From the IMG/VR virus record IMGVR_UViG_3300030109_004112: a stretch of DNA of 64,000 nucleotides. One strand, 5' to 3'. The DNA is from an uncultured virus (IMG/VR IMGVR_UViG_3300030109_004112) (Duplodnaviria > Heunggongvirae > Uroviricota > Caudoviricetes). Below the pieces are notes generated by a model, which saw only the letters and a list, made by a program, of their open reading frames with translations, had not been told where the DNA came from and made no database searches. Shown here piece by piece: positions 38,240 through 46,258 of this stretch. The first letter of the stretch is position 1. Every line of letters starts with the position of its first letter. The position numbers and the translations under genes are program-made.

Positions 38240-38529
38240 GATTCATCACCCCCGACCATCAGAGCCGCTATCGTGGCGGCCCACTCTTCACCTTCCTTTG
38301 AAGGCATCTCGGCATTCAGTCTCTCACGGCGGGCGGCTAGTGTATCACTAACACGCGCCCGTACATGTGAGGCCCTCACACCCAACCGGGAAAAGTCCCG
38401 GCGTGGGTTGAGGGGTATGGCATCTAACTCACCTGCTGCGCAAACCGAGCAAAGTACGAATCCCTCGGGGGGGATAACATACGATGCGGGCCGGCTGCAT
38501 GAGCAGGTGGGCGGTGTGTCTCGGCGCAT
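38236..38529 (-). CDS. Zn-finger protein; first gene of leftward transcription unit
   Basis: CSC...LCSVC; follows promoter copy 10. Confidence 0.55.
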   Translation of the reverse strand: MRRDTPPTCSCSRPASYVIPPEGFVLCSVCAAGELDAIPLNPRRDFSRLGVRASHVRARVSDTLAARRERLNAEMPSKEGEEWAATIAALMVGGDES

Positions 38530-38565
38530 TTTTCTGTCCTCACATATAGCAGGGAGCCGGCGGTC

Positions 38566-38592
38566 TATAAACTTTGGGGTCTGGTGAGTTTT
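38566..38592 (-). promoter_or_regulatory. Conserved viral promoter element, copy 10
   Basis: Minus strand AAAACTCACCAGACCCCAAAGTTTATA. Confidence 0.7.
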
Positions 38593-38597
38593 ACGTA

Positions 38598-39600
38598 TTA
38601 TGTTACGTTTGGGGTTTTTGGGGTTATTATGTTACGTTTAGATAGTTTTTATGTTACGCATATAAGATATTATGTTACGCACACATCGGAACATCAGCAC
38701 TCTTTTATGTTACGCGACCTTTTTTTGCGGTTCTGTCTTTTCTGTTACGCCGACGGTCCGAGTCTTATGTTACGCTCACTGCTAGCCTACGAAATATATG
38801 TTACGTTTTCACTGAGAAAAATATCACAACTGGTAACTTTATGTTACGCATACGGACCCTAGGAGCGATGGGGTAACATAAACTCTGCGTCTGAATCTCA
38901 AAAATATGTTACTCCCTCCCCCCACCCCCCGCTTCTTTTTCTCGATAGGGGGTTTTCGTAACATAATCTTGTTGCCTGTGCGTAACATAACGAACCGGTT
39001 CGGGTAACATAATTTTGCCGGAGCAGCGAGCGTTATGTTACGTTTTGGGGGGGTGGTTTTTTTCGACCGGGGCAAACTCGCCAGTTTGCGTAACATAATG
39101 CTTGTCGTAACATAACGCTACACCGTATTAGTTTTTTATGTTACGCCTCTCTTTTTTCTGAAATTGGGCTTTTTGTAACATAACGTAGTACGGCTTATAA
39201 GGTTTGCCCGTAACATAACGTTCAAAAAAAGTAACATAAAATTGGCTTTCAGTAAAGCGTTATGTTACGTTTTCGGCCTCGCTCGCTCACACCCCCCCTC
39301 TCAGGCCCAAAAAAAATGAGTACTTAAAGGGCGTAACATAACGCTTCACTGAACCCCAAAATTATGTTACGTTGGGTTAATTAATAACTGAGCGTTATGT
39401 TACTCCCCCAAACGACCTAAAGACTATATACCCCCTAGCAGATGATTAACCCCGGACGCGCTTGAAAATTATGTTACTCCCTAGCCGGTGGTTCAGGCGG
39501 GCTCACGTAACATAACGCTTCACCATATCCCAAAATTATGTTACTCCAACACCCTTACCACGGAGACGCAAAGTGGGTTCGCGTTGAAAATTATGTTACT
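38598..39600. repeat. Main TTATGTTAC(G/T) box array, about 29 copies in both orientations
   Basis: About 18 forward and 11 reverse copies counted by eye in a 1-kb non-coding gap between divergent transcription units. Confidence 0.92.
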
Positions 39601-39610
39601 CCATGATATC

Positions 39611-39628
39611 GGCAAAGGTATAAGTACT
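39611..39628 (+). promoter_or_regulatory. BRE/TATA promoter for rightward genes
   Basis: GGCAAAGGTATAAGTACT about 25 nt before ATG 39649. Confidence 0.55.
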
Positions 39629-39648
39629 AGTGAAAAACAGGGAGATTC

Positions 39649-39930
39649 ATGGGAGGAAAGCAAACCATAACATTGAGCAATGTTGAAATGAGTATCGTAT
39701 ACCACGCGCTACTCACGAGACTAAGCGAGATGATGAGAGAAGACGACAAGAACGAACGCCGAGAGAGGGAGGTGGCAGAGTTGACGGCCATAGTTGACAG
39801 TATGCAACAGCAGATGGAAAGCAACTGGTCGGAGATAGAGGCCGACGCCGCCTTTGAGAGAGAGACGGAGGGAGTAAGACTCCTATCGTCAATCCCCGCC
39901 TTCGGAGACAAGACGGAGGACATGGCATGA
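39649..39930 (+). CDS. Helical hypothetical protein
   Basis: ORF after TATA; ATGA-coupled to next gene. Confidence 0.6.
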   Translation: MGGKQTITLSNVEMSIVYHALLTRLSEMMREDDKNERREREVAELTAIVDSMQQQMESNWSEIEADAAFERETEGVRLLSSIPAFGDKTEDMA

Positions 39931-40214
39931 GTACCAAGGAAACTAGGGACATGGTATACCTTCAGATGGTACTATCGTTCATAGAAACGAGTACCCCCGC
40001 GAAGTACGCGGAACTGCAAAACACAGTAGAGCAAATGCAGACCATCGACCCAAGACACGCTGAGATGTATGCGACGATTGGGAAGACCTTGGAGACACTG
40101 CGCGACAAACTGTGGACGGGCGTGGACGTGAATGGAGAGGTGAGTTGGATGGTAAAGTCACTATCCAAGAGCCAAAAGAGGACGTTGTACGGGGAGGACG
40201 GCGAAAAGGAGTAG
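39927..40214 (+). CDS. Hypothetical protein
   Basis: GGAGG RBS; followed by hairpin. Confidence 0.6.
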   Translation: MSTKETRDMVYLQMVLSFIETSTPAKYAELQNTVEQMQTIDPRHAEMYATIGKTLETLRDKLWTGVDVNGEVSWMVKSLSKSQKRTLYGEDGEKE

Positions 40215-40225
40215 GTCAGACTAAC

Positions 40226-40253
40226 GGGGGTCGGCTGGTGGTGGCCGGCCCCC
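40226..40253 (+). terminator. GC-rich hairpin after 39927..40214
   Basis: GGGGGTCGGCT-GGTGGT-GGCCGGCCCCC. Confidence 0.5.
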
Positions 40254-40317
40254 CAACAATATGTTACGCAACAAAAGAAAGAAAATATGATAAGGAGTGA
40301 TAAAGACGAAAGGATGA

Positions 40318-40518
40318 GTGAAACGTATGACAGCGAACACTGAAGAAGAAATGACGAACGGAGATATAGTGGCTTGTTTAGCATGCCACTGTTTGATTGC
40401 CTTGGAGGAGGGTTACTGGCAGAGAACCACGATAGCCAAGTACCCTATGCCCAACTCGGTTGGGACCTTAGTAGCGTTCTGTGATGAATGCAATATGGTC
40501 GTTGAGGTGGGCTACTAG
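40318..40518 (+). CDS. Small Zn-finger protein
   Basis: CLAC...FCDEC; start uncertain. Confidence 0.45.
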   Translation: MKRMTANTEEEMTNGDIVACLACHCLIALEEGYWQRTTIAKYPMPNSVGTLVAFCDECNMVVEVGY

Positions 40519-40527
40519 ATACTAAAA

Positions 40528-40691
40528 TATGTTACGCACCACTTGGATAAATCCGGACTAAAAATCCGTTTTCTAATCAAACATATGTTACGCGGTTTTT
40601 TACTAGACGATATGTTACGTCTCTTTTTTGTAGGCATTATGTTACGCCTCTTTTTCTGTGAGTGATATGTTACGCTTGGCGTTATGTTACG
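40528..40691 (+). repeat. TATGTTACG direct-repeat cluster (6 copies, plus one at 40260)
   Basis: Copies at 40528, 40584, 40611, 40638, 40666, 40683. Confidence 0.9.
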
Positions 40692-41084
40692 TCCCAGTGA
40701 CCACTAATGAACCGAAGGTTGTATAGTGAAATGACCAACCTAATTGTGAACACTGGTAGGTTAGAACCTGCTTCTGTGATACTGCGAAATTGGCCGAATT
40801 TCCGCTATCGTGACCCGCGAATTATCGTTGATTTGCTTATAAGGGCCGGACTTGAAAAATGGGTCCGGAAATGCGAAATCACCGGGAGAAACTACCCAAT
40901 GGCCCCAAACACGGCGACAGGTGCGCCAAATCGCCCAATGCAGCCAAATAACCCATATTATGCACATATCGCGTATGTCGTGAATATGGGGTCAGATGGG
41001 CAGGGGGCATATAGTCTTTCGCTGTTCATGCTCACCCCCGCATCAAATCCGGCGTTTATAGGGGGGTCACGCGTAAGAGGAGGC

Positions 41085-42362
41085 ATGGCAGGTACACCAC
41101 CAACCACCATAGGAGACACGCCGGGAACGACCCCGGCCCTATCCGTCTTGGACGTGATGAACGTCCCGAGGGAGGTCATCTTGACTTCCCTCGCGTTCAT
41201 CGGCTCCTTGATTGATAGGATGATTGCAGAGACAGCCAGCAAAGCCGGACTGATGAAGGCCCTCAGGAGCATGGGCGTCAAGGGCAGTACGCTCAAGACC
41301 CTCAGGGACCGCATCGTTGAGCGAGCAGGTCAGACCTACGAGGTACGAACATGGCCGACAGTACTCACCATGAAGCAAGCCGAGAAGTTTGCTGCGGCGG
41401 GTGTGTTCTCGGAGATTGTCGGACAGGGACAGAGGTTCGTTGAGAACAAGGGTCAACACGATGTCCGACTAGACCGGGCCGAGAAGGTAGCCAAGGAACT
41501 CAACCAGCCGCTGCTTGATGGCTGGTCCGATTGGATGGCAACCCGCACATGGGTTGATGCTCCCTACGTGCTGATTAACTCCCTCGGAGTGAATGCGACC
41601 GTGTTCAACGAGTGGGCAGAGGGTCAGTATGGAGAGAACCAGTATTCACCCAAGATGACCGGGGCCATGCTGGAAGGAGAGCGAGGGTTCACCCTCACCG
41701 ACCGGGAGGGCTCAAAGAGCGACTTCCAGCAGGGAGCGCGGGACGGCTGCGCCAAGAACCTCAACACCAAGACCGGCGAGATGAAGATTAGGCCTGTATG
41801 CACCGACATGGCAGGGAGGCCAGCGTTCAACGCTGCTCACGACCTAAGCGGTCAGTGCCGAGTCTGTGGGGGCAAGGTGGCGAGTGTCTACCGGCACGAT
41901 ATCGCAACCCGCAACAATCAGACCTTGAAGATGCCATGCCTCCTCAAGCATAACCAGCCCGGACCCAATGGGGGAGATGGCAAGTTATCCACGACCCGCA
42001 GGGCATCAAGCGGGAACTGGGGCCACTCGGTTCAGGTCGGCTACAACTGCCCGACAGGAGCAAGGACGGCAGCGGGCAAGAAGGTTCGCAAGGTCCGCAG
42101 GGCGAGCGGTGGATACGAGCGGTTCATCTTCACCGTGAGAGACCATGACGAGGAGGGGGAGCCATACGAGTTCCACCTTCTAGGACGGGCCTTCGTGGAG
42201 GGCTGGCACAGAGGCAACGAGAAGGACATTCTCGGCACCGACGCCGAGTACCTCTTGTGGATTGCCAACCGCACCCACTGGGACGACTCAACCCCGGCAT
42301 GGAAGACCCCAAGGGGGACTCGCATCAACTCAGAGGTTGACGCGGTCCTCGGGGCTCTCTGA
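41085..42362 (+). CDS. GC-rich hypothetical protein (425 aa)
   Basis: Start refined to ATG 41085 (TTTATA at 41055, GAGGAGG RBS); CRVC motif; followed by hairpin. Confidence 0.7.
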   Translation: MAGTPPTTIGDTPGTTPALSVLDVMNVPREVILTSLAFIGSLIDRMIAETASKAGLMKALRSMGVKGSTLKTLRDRIVERAGQTYEVRTWPTVLTMKQAEKFAAAGVFSEIVGQGQRFVENKGQHDVRLDRAEKVAKELNQPLLDGWSDWMATRTWVDAPYVLINSLGVNATVFNEWAEGQYGENQYSPKMTGAMLEGERGFTLTDREGSKSDFQQGARDGCAKNLNTKTGEMKIRPVCTDMAGRPAFNAAHDLSGQCRVCGGKVASVYRHDIATRNNQTLKMPCLLKHNQPGPNGGDGKLSTTRRASSGNWGHSVQVGYNCPTGARTAAGKKVRKVRRASGGYERFIFTVRDHDEEGEPYEFHLLGRAFVEGWHRGNEKDILGTDAEYLLWIANRTHWDDSTPAWKTPRGTRINSEVDAVLGAL

Positions 42363-42374
42363 GTATGAGCATCA

Positions 42375-42406
42375 GGGGCGGCAGTGGGTTGACCTGCTGC
42401 CGTCCC
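42375..42406 (+). terminator. 14-bp GC-rich hairpin
   Basis: GGGGCGGCAGTGGG-TTGA-CCTGCTGCCGTCCC. Confidence 0.55.
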
Positions 42407-42672
42407 AACTAGCACCAGCAGCCGTCACGACCTCCTAGGGCGGGCTAGATTTCGGCCCCTGTAATGGGGGGGTGTCTGTCAAACCTAGGATGCCGTTTCC
42501 CGGCCTTGGAAGGTGCCATACAGACGATGTTTACCCATGGTGCTACCCATGGACCGTTTTTCTTTTTCTTGACCGTGTGCTATGGCCCCGGCGGCCTCCA
42601 AAACGCTCACTGCGAGCCTGTGGGGTTGGCTACCACAACGCACGATTTTTTGAAATTTTTTGGAAATTTTTT

Positions 42673-43038
42673 TCAATCACTCGTAATCTTGCCTATATTG
42701 GCGGCGGGAGGTTTATTCCCCCGTATCTTCCCGTCTGCCACCCTATAGTACTTCAAACGGCTTTTTTTGAAGGTTTCAATGTTGTAAGGCTTGATGTAAC
42801 TGCGTATGAGGCTTCCTACGGTGTGTCCGTTCATAGGAGTCCAGTGCTTTGACAGTTTCTTATTAAGATTCCATGCAATCTCATGCGAAGTCCTCCATTC
42901 CGAGAAAAAACCACTATCCAACAACTCCACTATCTCTCTTTTGATTATATCCTTTCTCTTTAGTGGTCCAGTCTTCCCACTCTTACAGCCGTGCCCCGTT
43001 TGAAGCGTTCCGGTTCTATTGTAGTATCCCTTACTCAT
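42673..43038 (-). CDS. Winged-helix DNA-binding protein downstream of terL
   Basis: IVELLDSG...WRTSHEIAWNLN...MNGHTVGSLIR; AGGTGA RBS. Confidence 0.6.
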   Translation of the reverse strand: MSKGYYNRTGTLQTGHGCKSGKTGPLKRKDIIKREIVELLDSGFFSEWRTSHEIAWNLNKKLSKHWTPMNGHTVGSLIRSYIKPYNIETFKKSRLKYYRVADGKIRGNKPPAANIGKITSD

Positions 43039-43042
43039 TAAA

Positions 43043-44539
43043 TCACCTGTCGATTACTCCGCTCACTCCGCCTCTACTACGATTGATACGGCCTTTGTTA
43101 ACTCCGCCTAACCACTCGCCGCCCTTCGCCGTACCCAATACCACGGGCATTCCGTTATCCTTAACCGAAAATTGGTCTATTGCGTGAGCGAGTGCCATAA
43201 CTGTATCGTTATGTCTTCCCAAATCAACAATCAAACCATTACGCCAAGCGTGACTTTCCAATTCCTCTAGAACAATATTGATTTGAGTTCTTGTTTCGTG
43301 ATTACCATAAGGGAATATCACCAATTCTCTTTCAAGCCAAACCCTAAGCCTATTTAGAAGTCCTTGCTTCAAAGTCCTATTACCAACCTTACTTTCTCTA
43401 TAATCTACCATAGCACCCTTCTGAGTAAGAAGACTCTCGTATAATTGTTGAAATCCTACGGATTCGACGGCAAATGCCGGTGTCCCGTATCTCTTATTCC
43501 AGTCTATCATCATATTGGCCTGTTTGTCAGGAGGAAAGTCGTTTCTCCTCCACATATTCACAAAATGAATAAACCCTTCGTCATCTTGCCTTAAGCAAAT
43601 CATTACGCTATAATCCTGACCTAATCCATGAGCAGGGTCAAAACCGACAGAATATCTGTGGTTGTACTGTTTATCCGGTTCTAATAAAGAATCTATATCC
43701 AAATTAGCCCTTGTGATATTACGGGGATAAACTGCGGCGTCATCGTCTATAACCTTACAGAGATACTCCTGTATGAAGGAGAGGTCCCCCATGGCTTGTC
43801 TTTGCTCAAGTAAGAATGCTAAACTCCTAAACTCCGGCCATAGTGCTTTGGGCTCTACATTTTCCGGGTCTGCCCTCCAATCATCCCAATTTGGAATACT
43901 AGACCATACCCCGCTTTTCCATGTATCATTATCTAACATCTCTGTATGATATAGGTCATTCATACTCATAGGTGTCCCAACGACATAAATTGCGGTTCCG
44001 GGGCTCAACATCGGTGTAACCTTCTTCCTAAACCATTGTTGTGTGTTTTTAGGGTCTAAATCCCCACTATCGTCCAATACGTCATCAAAAGCGATACAGG
44101 CAGGGTGCTCACCACGAATAGCAGCCCCAACCGAAGTTGCACGAATCCATGCACCATTAGTGAATCTTAATTCTAGTTTATTTCCCCTACGGGGGTCCAA
44201 ATACCTAGAAAGTTGCGGGTGTCTCTTCATATCTTCTCTTATCTCTTCAAGACGCCTTGCAGCCAAATCTTTGCTAGCAGAAAAGAGCCAACAAGTAAAG
44301 GGCTTGTTCCTCCACTTATCAAATAGGGCATGATGCAATAATTTGACTCTTAGAGTAGTAGATTTACTGTGGTCACGAGGAGCAATCACACAAACCCTAT
44401 GAACCTGTGTATCACCGCGTTTACCATACATATCCATCCATTCACCAATATGGTCGCCCCAAGTATAGCCAAGCCAACGATAGAAATATTTATCGTCGTA
44501 TTTTGCCCTTTCCATGGAAAAGGAAAGAAAATCACTCAT
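43043..44539 (-). CDS. terL: Terminase large subunit
   Basis: APRDHSKST (Walker A), IRGEHP, IAFDDVLDD (Walker B), VGTP, nuclease GFDPAHG..DYSV, HNDTVMALA. Confidence 0.92.
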   Translation of the reverse strand: MSDFLSFSMERAKYDDKYFYRWLGYTWGDHIGEWMDMYGKRGDTQVHRVCVIAPRDHSKSTTLRVKLLHHALFDKWRNKPFTCWLFSASKDLAARRLEEIREDMKRHPQLSRYLDPRRGNKLELRFTNGAWIRATSVGAAIRGEHPACIAFDDVLDDSGDLDPKNTQQWFRKKVTPMLSPGTAIYVVGTPMSMNDLYHTEMLDNDTWKSGVWSSIPNWDDWRADPENVEPKALWPEFRSLAFLLEQRQAMGDLSFIQEYLCKVIDDDAAVYPRNITRANLDIDSLLEPDKQYNHRYSVGFDPAHGLGQDYSVMICLRQDDEGFIHFVNMWRRNDFPPDKQANMMIDWNKRYGTPAFAVESVGFQQLYESLLTQKGAMVDYRESKVGNRTLKQGLLNRLRVWLERELVIFPYGNHETRTQINIVLEELESHAWRNGLIVDLGRHNDTVMALAHAIDQFSVKDNGMPVVLGTAKGGEWLGGVNKGRINRSRGGVSGVIDR

Positions 44540-45980
44540 CAGCCATCACCGGAGAATAAAGACTCCCGACAATACCTTGTTCCCTATCTATTAAATGAGC
44601 AAACATTCCGGGTCGGCTAATGAAGCCCTTTCTGAAATGGTATCTATCATGACCCGCTAAACTAGGAAGTTGTATTACGAAACAATTCCCCTTCTCAATC
44701 ATATGAGTGTGATGCTTATGTCCGTGGAACCAAATGTGGTTTTCTGTCTCTCCCCATTCCTTTCTCTTCTCATTACCCATAATAAGGGGTAGGTTTTGAC
44801 CACTAACGAAATCGCCATGGGTAAAGCCCATAAGATTGTCTCCCCACTTGATATATTGCCTGAGAGACGGGTCCTTTGTTACTGTTACTCTAGAATCGTT
44901 TTCGTATGTTGCGCTTAGGAACATCATTAGACCCAAACTAGCGAATCTATCATGATTACCCATCATAAACACAATCTCTACTGGGGCCACACTTTTTAAC
45001 ATTTCAATATGCTCAACAGCCAATTCACAGCCTTCCATAAGTATTTGTGCTGGTGTTCCGGCCATATCCTGTCCGGTACCTCTAGTTGTAGTGCCCAAGT
45101 CATTATCAACATGGAACCAGTCACTTCCAGTAGCAAGAATTATTTTTTCTGGGGCTCCGGGTAGTCGTTGTAATAAGGTAAAGGTCTTATCTAATAGTCG
45201 CTCACGAGCAATTTCAAAGTTGTATGATTCTCCGACCTCTAAAGACCAGCCATACTTCCCATAATGCAAATCTGTAGGGGAAATGACTAGGGCATAGTCA
45301 CTTTCGGCTTTCCCCATGGGGACCGCATGTACTTCATCTATGATTATGGTTTTCTCCTTTAGTATCTCTCTAAAATCAGAAAGAATAGTTTCTTCTAGGG
45401 TACGATACTTGTTCGCATCCCTTTCTATGCTCTTCCTGTGTTTCTCCTCTACCTTACCGAGAATATCCTTTTTCTTTAGTGTAAGTAAGTCCTTAACCAA
45501 GGAATCTGTGTCACCATCTATTATCTCTTCATCAGTAAATGGATTCATGTTATGAGTCCAGCCATATGCCCTGATATAGCCCTTTATCCAAAGAGTGGGC
45601 ATTTCAAACTTAGTGACCATTTCCTCTACAGAAAGGTTTTCTAGCATAGAACAATAAGCCTTACGCATTTCTCGATGCTTTTCGCCATTTAGAATTATTA
45701 AATCGTTTACTCCGTCAATGTAGGTGATGTATTTATCATTTTCCTTATCATAGTATGTATGTGTACGTTGAGGGATTTCGTCGGGCATTGTTTGTGTTAG
45801 TAGCCTGTACGAATTACCCTTTTTCACCCATCTCGATACGGCAACCCTCCAAGCGTCAGCACTTCGGCGTGGCTCTATTTCGTGGAGATACCTGCCGAAA
45901 TCGCTATTACTACTATAGCCCCTATCCTTGTACTTCTCAATTAAGTCTTGGTTGTCTATGAAGTGTTCCCCCATGAACAT
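44532..45980 (-). CDS. Calcineurin-like metallophosphoesterase with N-terminal extension
   Basis: TDLHYGK, GSDWFH, GNHD, THGD, HGHKHH. Confidence 0.85.
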   Translation of the reverse strand: MFMGEHFIDNQDLIEKYKDRGYSSNSDFGRYLHEIEPRRSADAWRVAVSRWVKKGNSYRLLTQTMPDEIPQRTHTYYDKENDKYITYIDGVNDLIILNGEKHREMRKAYCSMLENLSVEEMVTKFEMPTLWIKGYIRAYGWTHNMNPFTDEEIIDGDTDSLVKDLLTLKKKDILGKVEEKHRKSIERDANKYRTLEETILSDFREILKEKTIIIDEVHAVPMGKAESDYALVISPTDLHYGKYGWSLEVGESYNFEIARERLLDKTFTLLQRLPGAPEKIILATGSDWFHVDNDLGTTTRGTGQDMAGTPAQILMEGCELAVEHIEMLKSVAPVEIVFMMGNHDRFASLGLMMFLSATYENDSRVTVTKDPSLRQYIKWGDNLMGFTHGDFVSGQNLPLIMGNEKRKEWGETENHIWFHGHKHHTHMIEKGNCFVIQLPSLAGHDRYHFRKGFISRPGMFAHLIDREQGIVGSLYSPVMADE

Positions 45981-46076
45981 AACGGATATGAGATAACACT
46001 TAAATGTTCATTTGTTCTGTTAATTCAGAAGGTGCTAGAAATTATTATTGTCTCTTGGTATAGCGTTTTTCTTCAT

Positions 46077-46162
46077 TAATTTATTATTTCATTAGTATGT
46101 TGAAGAAAAGATAGGGGGACCCTACCAAACCACTATTGAAACAATAAAACAAATTCCGAAAA
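46077..46162. repeat. AT-rich element B (homologue of 23810-23899)
   Basis: Core CACTATTGAAACAATAAAACAA versus CACTATTGAAGAAATAAAACAA in A; shared GTATGT.GAAG, G-run and TACC blocks. Confidence 0.7.
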
Positions 46163-46258
46163 TAACCCCAGTAACACGATTAATTCTTTCTAAAACACCC
46201 AAAAACAAAAAAAACAATAAGAGATACATTGAAAAACCAGTAAATCTACCCTTGGGGT

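Noticed and set aside
36704..39670. ORFs 36704..36922, 36720..37058, 38584..38862, 38839..39096 and 39488..39670
   Set aside because: Translations of the repeat boxes (recurring MLR/YVT/CY); no RBS support
38598..40691. TATGTTACG repeats as a CRISPR array
   Set aside because: Repeat is only 9-10 bp, occurs in both orientations with mostly irregular spacing, and no cas operon is present
40707..41084. N-terminal 126 codons of the 551-aa ORF
   Set aside because: TATA, RBS and the composition shift support a start at 41085
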